From Candidatus Latescibacterota bacterium (lineage in GTDB: Bacteria; Latescibacterota; UBA2968; GCA-2709665): a DNA stretch of 64,000 bases. Under the pieces are notes generated by a model. The model had not been told where the DNA came from and did no database searches. It worked only from the letters and a program-made list of their open reading frames with translations. How positions within the stretch are numbered: the stretch's first letter is position 1; each line of letters starts with the position of its first letter. Made by a program: the position numbers and the translations under genes. Shown piece by piece: positions 8,452 through 18,147 of this stretch. The DNA lies in contig CAXXJS010000020.1 of NCBI GenBank assembly GCA_963662665.2, positions 128,001 through 192,000 on the forward strand, given 5' to 3'.

Positions 8452-10658
8452 CGATCGTTTCCAAAGCCCAACCTTGCCAGGTTTTTCTCAATAGCCGCAT
8501 CCAGCTTTGCGGCCTCGGCCTGTTGTTCGCGCCACTGTTTCGCGAGACGGGACATTTTCTCCTCGAAGGGTTCACCATCGTCCGGCTGCGGTTCAGCGCC
8601 CACGTAGCGTCCGGGTGTGAGGACATGCCCGTGTTTACGTATCTCTTCGAGCGATGCGCTTTTGCAGAAGCCGGGAACGTTGGAGTAGCCCTTGCCATTG
8701 CGCCAGGCGTGGTAGGTGTCCGCGATCCTGGCTATATCCTCCGGCGAGAGGTCCCGTCGGGTACGGTCGATCAGATGACCCAACTTTCGGGCGTCGATGA
8801 ACAGGATTTCGCTGACCCGCACCCCTGCCCCTCTCCCAGTGGGAGCGGGGTTTACGGCGCTAGCAATTCTGATGAGGGCTTCCTCGGTGCGCTTCAGCAG
8901 GTGTTCGTTCTTGACTCGGACAACCGTCATCCCCAGGGATTCCAGGTAGGCATCGCGGTTGCTGTCCGCCTCACGTTGCTCATCGACCTCGTGGACCGAT
9001 CCGTCCAATTCCACGACCAGCCGCTCATCGTGGCAGTAAAAATCAGCTATGTATTTGCCGATCTGATGCTGGCGTCGGAATTTCAGTCCCATAAATCGCC
9101 GGTCCCTGAGCAACTCCCATGCGAAAGCCTCCGCGGGAGTCGCCTTCATTCTCATCTCTCTCGCCCGATCCAACAGCCCGAAAAACTCGTAACCACCCCG
9201 GTAGTGACCCCCTCCCTTTGCGTCCGCCCGTTGCGAATCTTGGTGCTGCACATCGCTTCTGTTCACCTGTCCGGCAGTCAGACCCTCTCCCTCTGGGAGA
9301 GGGTGGCGCGTAGCGCCGGGTGAGGGTGCCTCTGACCCTACAGGGTGGCGCGTAGCGCCGGGTGAGGGCGCCTTTGACTGCCGCGTAGCGCCGGGTGAGG
9401 GCGCCCTTTTCAAAAACCAAAGACACGCGGGTATCTGTGTGGACCGGAAGAGCTGACCGGGCAGGGCAACGATGCAGTCCACCAGGTTGGCCTCGATGAT
9501 GTTCTTTCGGATTTCTCCCTCGTTTGACTGGTTGGACGACATGGATCCGTTGGCGAGGACGAAGCCGGCGAAGCCTCGCGGCGACAGGTGATGCAGGAAG
9601 TGCTGTACCCACGCGAAGTTGGCGTTGCCGACCGGGGGCGTTCCAAACTCCCAGCGTTTGTCGTCTCGCAGACGATCACCGCCCCAGTCGGAAACGTTGA
9701 AGGGCGGATTCGCGAGGATGTAGTCAGCCTTCAGATCGGGGTGACGGTCATTGTGAAAGCTGTCCCCCTGCGCGATCTGACCCTCGATGCCTCGTATCGC
9801 CAGGTTCATCCGTGCCATTCGCCACGTCGTGTAGTTGGATTCCTGGCCGTATATGGAGATCTTCTCCCTCGCGCTTCCCCGGCCTGCCTGTCCGGTAGTC
9901 AGACCCTCTCCCTTTGGGAGAGGGTGGCGCGCAGCGTCGGGTGAGGCTATCCCACTCGTGTGCGCTTCAATGAACGCCATCGACTGGACGAACATTCCGG
10001 ATGAACCGCAACATGGGTCGTAGACTCGTCCCTCGTATGGCTGCAACATCTCAACCAGGAGGCGAACGACGGAGCGCGGGGTGTAGAACTCGCCGCCTTT
10101 CCTTCCCTCTGCAATCGCGAACTGTTCCAGGAAGTACTCATAAACGCTGCCCAGAACGTCGGTGGCGCGCGCCTCCTCACCGCCCACCTGGATGTTGCTG
10201 ACCATGTCGACAACTTGCCCTAAGCGTGTCTTGTCCAGGTTTGGGCGCGCGTAATCCTTTGGCAGTACGTCTTTCAAGGCGGGATTGTCCCGTTCTATTG
10301 CGGCCATGGCATCGTCCACCGCTCGCCCGATCGTGGGCTGGCGTGCCTGTGATTGCAGATTCGGCCATCTCGCCTCGGGCGGTACCCAGAAGATATTCTG
10401 GGCGCGGTACTCGTCGGGATCCTCCGGATCCGCGCCTTCAGCGAGTTCCTCCACCAATTTGCCGTGGGCTTCCTCAAACGCGTCCGAAATGTACTTGAGG
10501 AAGATCAGCCCCAGCACCACGTGTTTGTACTCTGCGGCGTCCATGCTTCCCCGAAGCGCGTCGGCCATCGCCCAGAGTTCGGACCTGAAATCAGTTGCTT
10601 CGTTCCCGTCGCCCGATTTGGTCAACTTCGAGGTTTTTTTCCGTCTTCCTCTGGCCAT
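8448..10658 (-). CDS. hsdM: Type I restriction-modification N6-adenine methyltransferase HsdM with two in-frame insertions
   Basis: [19 protein letters not shown]; [10 protein letters not shown]; motif [11 protein letters not shown]; motif IV NPPFN; C-terminal [10 protein letters not shown]. 736 aa, longer than typical because of the insertions. Confidence 0.95.
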   Translation of the reverse strand: MARGRRKKTSKLTKSGDGNEATDFRSELWAMADALRGSMDAAEYKHVVLGLIFLKYISDAFEEAHGKLVEELAEGADPEDPDEYRAQNIFWVPPEARWPNLQSQARQPTIGRAVDDAMAAIERDNPALKDVLPKDYARPNLDKTRLGQVVDMVSNIQVGGEEARATDVLGSVYEYFLEQFAIAEGRKGGEFYTPRSVVRLLVEMLQPYEGRVYDPCCGSSGMFVQSMAFIEAHTSGIASPDAARHPLPKGEGLTTGQAGRGSAREKISIYGQESNYTTWRMARMNLAIRGIEGQIAQGDSFHNDRHPDLKADYILANPPFNVSDWGGDRLRDDKRWEFGTPPVGNANFAWVQHFLHHLSPRGFAGFVLANGSMSSNQSNEGEIRKNIIEANLVDCIVALPGQLFRSTQIPACLWFLKRAPSPGATRQSKAPSPGATRHPVGSEAPSPGATRHPLPEGEGLTAGQVNRSDVQHQDSQRADAKGGGHYRGGYEFFGLLDRAREMRMKATPAEAFAWELLRDRRFMGLKFRRQHQIGKYIADFYCHDERLVVELDGSVHEVDEQREADSNRDAYLESLGMTVVRVKNEHLLKRTEEALIRIASAVNPAPTGRGAGVRVSEILFIDARKLGHLIDRTRRDLSPEDIARIADTYHAWRNGKGYSNVPGFCKSASLEEIRKHGHVLTPGRYVGAEPQPDDGEPFEEKMSRLAKQWREQQAEAAKLDAAIEKNLARLGFGNDR
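8811..9407 (-). mobile_element. In-frame cassette in hsdM: DUF559 (Vsr-like) endonuclease flanked by inverted GC-rich hairpin repeats
   Basis: Lies between HsdM segments IPACLWFLK and [11 protein letters not shown]. Encodes [59 protein letters not shown]...RDAYLESLG. Repeats at 9261-9405 and an inverted degenerate copy at 8815-8851. Confidence 0.8.
9261..9405 (-). repeat. Double-hairpin repeat plus tandem 24-nt units, translated as [16 protein letters not shown]
   Basis: Unit CGCGTAGCGCCGGGTGAGGGYGCC at 9307-9330, 9349-9372 and 9382-9405; hairpin ACCCTCTCCC-TCT-GGGAGAGGGT at 9282-9304. Confidence 0.92.
9887..9946 (-). repeat. Stand-alone in-frame copy of the double-hairpin repeat inside hsdM
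   Basis: CCTGTCCGGTAGTCAGACCCTCTCCC-TTT-GGGAGAGGGTGGCGCGCAGCGTCGGGTGAGG; translated [19 protein letters not shown] between motif I and ISIYGQES. Confidence 0.9.
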
Positions 10659-10843
10659 CGTGTAATGCTCCCGGGTTTACATTTCCAGCGCTAAGTTCTT
10701 GTACACCATTAAGGTATACATCTCATCATTACCCGTCAACGTAAAACGGGGTGATCGAGCCCATCGCCCGATGACCGTCGCATTTTGCAACATCCGCCGG
10801 CCAATCGCCTTCACCTCAAGAACGCCCCCCACCGTCGCGTCTG

Positions 10844-10954
10844 GTTCACCTGTCCCGCAGTCAGACCCTCTCCCCTTGGGAGAGGGTGGCGCGTAGCGCC
10901 GGGTGAGGGCGCCTTTGCCCCCCAGAGTCGCGCGTAGCGCCGGGTGAGGGCGCC
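10844..10954 (-). repeat. Intergenic copy of the double-hairpin repeat plus one extra 24-nt unit
   Basis: 10844-10913 matches 9261-9330 at 66 of 70 nt by eye; extra unit at 10931-10954. Confidence 0.92.
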
Positions 10955-10970
10955 CTGCCATCCATAACCA

Positions 10971-11004
10971 AAACAGGCCTGCGCAACGTCGCGCAAGCCT
11001 GTTT
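10971..11004 (-). terminator. Hairpin/terminator downstream of tRNA-Ala
   Basis: Minus strand AAACAGGCTTGCGC-GACGTT-GCGCAGGCCTGTTT followed by a T-rich tail. Confidence 0.6.
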
Positions 11005-11013
11005 CTGATTTCA

Positions 11014-11089
11014 TGGTGGAGCTGATCGGGATCGAACCGATGACCTCATGACTGCCAGTCATGCGCTCTCCCAGCTGAGCTACAGCCCC
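11014..11089 (-). tRNA. tRNA-Ala(GGC)
   Basis: GGGGCTGTAGCTCAGCTGGGAGAGCGCATGACTGGCAGTCATGAGGTCATCGGTTCGATCCCGATCAGCTCCACCA: 76 nt, anticodon stem CATGA/TCATG around CT-GGC-AG, T-loop GGTTCGA, encoded CCA. Confidence 0.97.
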
Positions 11090-11110
11090 ACCTCTGGGCA
11101 ATGTGGAGGA

Positions 11111-11139
11111 AGTGTAACAAAGCGACCGTTTTCTGTCAA
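11111..11139 (-). promoter_or_regulatory. Sigma70-type promoter of tRNA-Ala
   Basis: TTGACA-17 nt-TACACT on the minus strand just upstream of the tRNA. Confidence 0.7.
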
Positions 11140-11233
11140 GCGAAAAGGCTTGAATCGGGCGCGTCGGGCAGGGGGATATCGAGCCCGGGAACGCGCGATT
11201 GTCGGGGCAAAAGTGGCGCACGTGAGGGAGTCT

Positions 11234-13350
<2,117 letters not shown>

Positions 13351-13586
13351 GTGGTAACCTTGATTATTAACTCTTCGGGGAAGTAAAACCGCATATATGC
13401 AAGAAGATAAAGGCGATTTGACTTCTGATTACCAGGATACACCAGGTCACTGGACGTGAACTGAAAAAATGTCCCTTTTGACGACCGTTACGCCCCGTTT
13501 CAAGGGTTTTCGTCGCGTCGCCGAGTTGCTGTTTTTTTCGAATTGGGGTTAACCCGCTCGCGCCGGACTGATCCCGCGGCGAAACA

Positions 13587-14462
13587 TCAAAGCGTGCCCG
13601 CGAGGATTGCCACCAGCCCCAGCATCATTCCCGCCTTCAAAAACCGATTGATCATGCGGAGGCGGCGTGTGTCCGGGACGCGGAGTACGGAGAACATAAT
13701 ACAAACCAGCAGGACGTCGAGCAGGGAAACGAGGATGAGATAGGGCAGCCCGTAGAGGTCCAGGAGGTACGGAACCGGCGTAAGGAGAATGAGAAGCGCA
13801 TAGGCGCCAACGGCCAGGCGGCACGCCCTGGTCGGCCCCCAGTGGAGGGGGAGGGTTTCGCCGGGTGCCTTGCGGTCTCCGGGGACGTCCTGCGTGTCTT
13901 TGAGAATTTCCCGGCCCAGGTGGTAGATGGCCGCAAACAGGGCGGGTACCGCGGCTGAAACGGGCGCACGGACGGCGAATCCGCCGTAGAAGAAGGCGAC
14001 GCCGCACAGGAGGCTCACCACGACGTTTCCGGCCAATGGGACGTGTTTCAGTCGCCGGTTATAGGCCACGAGGCAGGCGCACGAGACGGCGGCGGTCGCG
14101 ATGGCTTCGGGCGGCAGAAAGAGACTGAGGCCGAGGCCCAGCAAGAAGAGGGCAACAGATTCGATGCAGGCCGCGCGGGGGGTAAGGCGGGCGGACGGAA
14201 GGGGCCTGTGAGGGTGGTTGACGCGGTCGGTATCCAGGTCCCACAGGTCGTTGAGCGCATTGGCGCCGGCCATCACCGCCGCAGCGGAGAACGCGGCAAT
14301 CCAGAGAGACGGGGGCAGCGCGTGTACGCCCAGCCACCCCCCCATCAGCACGGAGGCAAAGGTAATGAGACAGTTCTGGGGGCGCGTGATCTGCAGGCCC
14401 GCGCGGAAGGCGGCGGCTTCGGAAAGGTCAGACCGGAGCGGCGCCGGATTCCTTGAAGACAT
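13587..14462 (-). CDS. UbiA-family prenyltransferase (DGGGP synthase-like)
   Basis: RPQNC, NALNDLWDLDTDRVNHPHRPLPS, YNRRLK..PLAGN, REILKDTQDVPGD; multiple transmembrane segments. Confidence 0.85.
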   Translation of the reverse strand: MSSRNPAPLRSDLSEAAAFRAGLQITRPQNCLITFASVLMGGWLGVHALPPSLWIAAFSAAAVMAGANALNDLWDLDTDRVNHPHRPLPSARLTPRAACIESVALFLLGLGLSLFLPPEAIATAAVSCACLVAYNRRLKHVPLAGNVVVSLLCGVAFFYGGFAVRAPVSAAVPALFAAIYHLGREILKDTQDVPGDRKAPGETLPLHWGPTRACRLAVGAYALLILLTPVPYLLDLYGLPYLILVSLLDVLLVCIMFSVLRVPDTRRLRMINRFLKAGMMLGLVAILAGTL

Positions 14463-16131
14463 CGGCGGCGTCCCGAATGGAATAGCGGTAACCCTGTTCG
14501 GTAAGAAACGTCTGGCGCTTGCGGGCGAATTCCAACTCCCGGGTATCCCTGGTAACGAGGGTGTAGAAGTGAGCCAGGCTGCCGTTGGCCTTGGGTCGAA
14601 TAATGCGCCCCAATCGCTGGGCCTCTTCCTGCCGTGAACCGAATGTCCCGGAAATCTGGATGGCCACGTTGGCGTCCGGCAGGTCGACGGCGAAGTTGGC
14701 CACCTTGGAGACGACCATCAGCCGGATATCGCCCTGCCGGAAACGTGCGTATAACAGGTCTCGCTCCTGGCTGGGCGTCTTGCCGGTAATGACGGGCGCA
14801 TTCAGTTCTCTGGCGAAGGCTTCGACCTGGTTGACGTACTTGCCGATCACCAGGATCTGATCCTTGTCGTGGTTCCGGATAAGTTGTTTGGCCAGAGGGA
14901 TTTTCGACGGATTTTCCGAGGCGATCCGGAACTTGCCGCGGCCGCCGGCAACGGCGTAGTCAAGGCGCAGGTGCTGGGGCAACGGCAGGCGGATCTCACG
15001 GCATTCCGCCGTGGCTATCCAGCCCCGGGACTCCAGATCACGCCAGGGCACGTCGAAACGTTTCGGACCTATGAGACTGAAGACGTCCGCTTCGAGACCG
15101 TCTTCCCGAACCAGCGTGGCGGTAAGGCCCAGCCTGCGTCTCGCCTGGAGTTCGGCGGTAAAGCGGAAGACGGGCGCGGGCAGTAGATGAACTTCGTCGT
15201 ACAGGATAATACCCCAGTTGCCCTGGTTGAAGATGGCGAAGTGCGGAAATGCATCACCTTTTTTCCTTCGATAGGTGAGGATGTTATACGTGGCGACCGT
15301 GATGGGACGGATTTCTTTGTATTCGCCTGAATATTCGCCGATCTGGTCCGGCTTCAGATCTGTCTTGTCGAGAAGTTCTGCCTTCCATTGGCGAGATGCG
15401 GTGATGTTCGTGGTGAGGATGAGCGCCTGGGTCTGAAGGCGTTCGATCGCTGCGATACCCACAATGGTCTTTCCCGCGCCGCAGGGCAGAACCACCACGC
15501 CGCTGCCACCGTCCGGCCCGCCGCCTGCGTGAAAGATCTCCATGGCCTCCCGCTGGTAGTCGCGCAGGTGAAACGGAGCGCCCGACCGCGCGACGGCCCG
15601 GCGGCGCAGCGTCAGATTCTTGCCCGGTACGTACCCGGCCAGATCCTTGACGGGAAAGCCGATGCGGGTGAGCGCCTGCTTGAGGTGACCCCTGTACAAG
15701 AGGTCGACCTGGAGGCGGCGATCGTCAATCTTGCGGTTCAGATAGGGCCGTACGGACTTGTGCTGGCAGATTTCCGTGATCAGCAGCGGATCGTCGGCGG
15801 AGAGAATGAGGTCGTTACCGGAGCGTTCCAGTCGAATTCGACCGTATCGCCCCAGGGTCTCCCGGATCTCAACGGAGACGTTCTGGGGAATCTCATATTT
15901 GCTGAACGATTCCAGAGCGCAGGTGATTTCGTCCGCCGTGAGACCTGCTGCCGCGGCGTTCCAGAGCGATAGCGGGCTGATGCGGTAGGTGTGTATGTAT
16001 TCCGGGCTCTTTTCCAGTTCGGCGAAGCGGGCCAGAACGTCCCGTGCGGCATCGTACCTCGGTCCGCCGACCTCTGCAAGAACCGTCATGTCGCTCTGTA
16101 CGATCAGTGGATTTTGGGAATTGTATGACAT
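14428..16131 (-). CDS. XPB/Ssl2/Rad25-like SF2 DNA repair helicase
   Basis: NPLIVQSD..ELEKSPEYIHTYRISPLSLWNA; SGVVVLPCGAGKT; DEVH; LGLTATLVRED; SRQEEAQRLGRIIRPK. Start chosen at MSYNSQ. Confidence 0.93.
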   Translation of the reverse strand: MSYNSQNPLIVQSDMTVLAEVGGPRYDAARDVLARFAELEKSPEYIHTYRISPLSLWNAAAAGLTADEITCALESFSKYEIPQNVSVEIRETLGRYGRIRLERSGNDLILSADDPLLITEICQHKSVRPYLNRKIDDRRLQVDLLYRGHLKQALTRIGFPVKDLAGYVPGKNLTLRRRAVARSGAPFHLRDYQREAMEIFHAGGGPDGGSGVVVLPCGAGKTIVGIAAIERLQTQALILTTNITASRQWKAELLDKTDLKPDQIGEYSGEYKEIRPITVATYNILTYRRKKGDAFPHFAIFNQGNWGIILYDEVHLLPAPVFRFTAELQARRRLGLTATLVREDGLEADVFSLIGPKRFDVPWRDLESRGWIATAECREIRLPLPQHLRLDYAVAGGRGKFRIASENPSKIPLAKQLIRNHDKDQILVIGKYVNQVEAFARELNAPVITGKTPSQERDLLYARFRQGDIRLMVVSKVANFAVDLPDANVAIQISGTFGSRQEEAQRLGRIIRPKANGSLAHFYTLVTRDTRELEFARKRQTFLTEQGYRYSIRDAADVFKESGAAPV

Positions 16132-16222
16132 AGAGGCTGGAGACGGGCGGGCAGTTTCCGGGATAGAGCCGGGAAGGATGGGTCGGTGCCCCGGGCGCCG
16201 CGAGTGAAGGGCTTTAATTTGA

Positions 16223-16339
16223 CAGCCCGTTAAAAAAGTCCATCCGGGCTGCGCCCGGCCCTTGCGGCCGAATTTCGGCAATCTATCTCCGGTACGGGAC
16301 ACCATACCTCGCCTGCAGAGCGACCATTTCGCCGGGCTG
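16223..16339. repeat. MITE/REP-like element, CAGCCCGTTGAAAAAGTC family
   Basis: Begins CAGCCCGTTAAAAAAGTCCATCCGGGCTG and ends CCTCGCCTGCAGAGCGAC..CGGGCTG; shares blocks with the copies at 55857, 61357 and 63889. Confidence 0.7.
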
Positions 16340-16600
16340 CTAAGGATACATATCACGGACAGATTTGTCAATTGGTTTCATCCGGGCCGAACCGGTAGCG
16401 ATAGGAAAGAAATTAAGTTTGACTTTAAAGGTTGGTTTACATAATTTTATCATATCTGATAATATAAAGTGGGCCAGTCGTTTCTGGCGTCCGTGTCTCG
16501 CTCCGCCTTTGTGCGGTGTCGCATTATGGAGCGGGGTGATTCCGGTCAAATGCGGCCCACGTCGGGAGGAGCCACAAGTCACGTGGAGGGGAGGGCCCGG

Positions 16601-16792
16601 ATGGAAAATCAATTTACACAGTGCCTGAAATGCGATAAGGGTATTTTGCTTCCTCTGTCCGACTACGGGCGCGATGGCGCGCCTATACACTACAAGGCCT
16701 GGGTTTGCAACAACCCGGATTGCGGGTTCAACCTGCGCATCGATAACGGCGAAATCAGCATGGGAAGAAACATCGCCGAGTCGTACAAATAA
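16601..16792 (+). CDS. Small zinc-ribbon protein (63 aa), function unknown
   Basis: MENQFTQCLKCDKGILLPLSDYGRDGAPIHYKAWVCNNPDCGFNLRIDNG: CxxC...CxxxxC; purine-rich RBS upstream. Confidence 0.75.
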   Translation: MENQFTQCLKCDKGILLPLSDYGRDGAPIHYKAWVCNNPDCGFNLRIDNGEISMGRNIAESYK

Positions 16793-17016
16793 CCCGAATC
16801 CTCAAACGGGAACGACAAGCCCAATCCCGGATGATTACCATGCCGGCCCCGCCCCGCTCGCGGGCTCGCGTTTTGGCCGACCGGGTTTGATGTATCCGGA
16901 GTTCCCGCTGCCGACGGGATTCTTCGCGGCGCCGATGTGTTTCCGCCATCGCACGCCGTCCCCACTGTTGAAGGTTCTGTTCAACCGGTTTTCGATTTCT
17001 TTCCTGCCTCCCATGG

Positions 17017-17052
17017 GGCCAACTCCCGTTCTACGGGTGTGGCTTTTTTTTT
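17017..17052 (+). terminator. Probable intrinsic terminator
   Basis: GGCCAACTCCCGT-TCT-ACGGGTGTGGC imperfect stem followed by a run of 9 T. Confidence 0.55.
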
Positions 17053-17088
17053 CTGCCATCCGCTCCCCTCTGGTTCTACGTCATTCAG

Positions 17089-18144
17089 ATGTCATTTCAA
17101 TTCAGTCAATCCGGGCAGCCGGTACGGGATCTTCCCGTACTGGGTATTGAGACCTCGTGTGACGAAACGGCTGCCGCTGTGGTGGCCGGTGGCCGAATTC
17201 TGTCCAACGTCATTTTCTCCCAGACGGAACACAGTCTGTATGGCGGTGTGGTTCCCGAACTCGCGTCACGGAACCACGTGCGCAAGATCGTCCCGGTAGT
17301 ACGCGAGGCGCTGCGCCAGGCCGGATGCGGGCTGAATGAACTCGGCGGAATCGCGGTCACCCGCGGACCGGGCCTTACGGGGTGCCTGCTGGTCGGTATC
17401 TCAACCGCCAGGGGGCTTGCGCTTGGCAGTGGCCGCCCGCTGATCGGCGTCCATCATATCGAGGGACATCTCTTCGCCGGACTGCTGGGGGATCCCGGTT
17501 TGCGCACCCCGTTTCTGGCCCTGGTGATTTCCGGCGGCCATACCCAGCTGATCCACGTGCGCCGCTGGGGTCTGTACGAAATCTGTGGTGAAACAAGGGA
17601 CGATGCAGCGGGCGAAGCTTTCGACAAGGTGGCCAAGATGCTGGACGTGTTGAAGCCGGGCGAGACCACGATGGGCGGGCCGGTGATAGCCGAACTCGCG
17701 GAACGGGGTGACGCAGGTGCAATTGCGTTTCCGCGAGGGCTGCGGCGTCAGGACGGATTCGAGTTCAGCTTCAGCGGGATCAAGACATCGGTCCTCTATC
17801 ACCTCAAGAGCCGTTCTGAAGCCGACGTGAACGCCGAGCGCGCTGATATAGCGGCAAGCTTCCAGGCCGCGGTAGTCGACGTGCTCGTGGAAAAGACGAT
17901 GAAAGCGGCACGCGCTCTGGATCTGGGGAGGATACTGTTGACGGGCGGGGTTGCAGCGAATCGGCGGTTGCGGGCGGAAATGGAGCGCGCCGCCAGCGAA
18001 GACGGTGTTGACGTCTGCTTTCCGCCGCCGGTTCTATGCACGGACAACGCGGCGATGATCGCCCACGCTGGCGCCTTCCGGCTGGGCAGGGGCGAGCGAT
18101 CCTGGCGGAATCTGGATGCGGATCCGAGAATGAGGCTGGTCTGA
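17089..18144 (+). CDS. tsaD: tRNA N6-threonylcarbamoyladenosine (t6A) synthase TsaD
   Basis: LGIETSCDETAAA, YGGVVPELASRNH, GPGL, HHIEGH, SGGHT, DDAAGEAFDK, FSFSGIKT, GGVAAN, CTDNAAMIA. Confidence 0.97.
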   Translation: MSFQFSQSGQPVRDLPVLGIETSCDETAAAVVAGGRILSNVIFSQTEHSLYGGVVPELASRNHVRKIVPVVREALRQAGCGLNELGGIAVTRGPGLTGCLLVGISTARGLALGSGRPLIGVHHIEGHLFAGLLGDPGLRTPFLALVISGGHTQLIHVRRWGLYEICGETRDDAAGEAFDKVAKMLDVLKPGETTMGGPVIAELAERGDAGAIAFPRGLRRQDGFEFSFSGIKTSVLYHLKSRSEADVNAERADIAASFQAAVVDVLVEKTMKAARALDLGRILLTGGVAANRRLRAEMERAASEDGVDVCFPPPVLCTDNAAMIAHAGAFRLGRGERSWRNLDADPRMRLV

Positions 18145-18147
18145 GCC

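Noticed and set aside
9307-9405. Three 24-nt direct repeats as a mini CRISPR array
   Set aside because: Spacers are only 18 and 9 nt, the repeats lie inside a coding frame, and no cas genes are present.
8811-9407. Intein with homing endonuclease in HsdM
   Set aside because: No Cys/Ser start with Hint blocks and no terminal His-Asn followed by C/S/T; the nuclease is DUF559-like, not LAGLIDADG or HNH.
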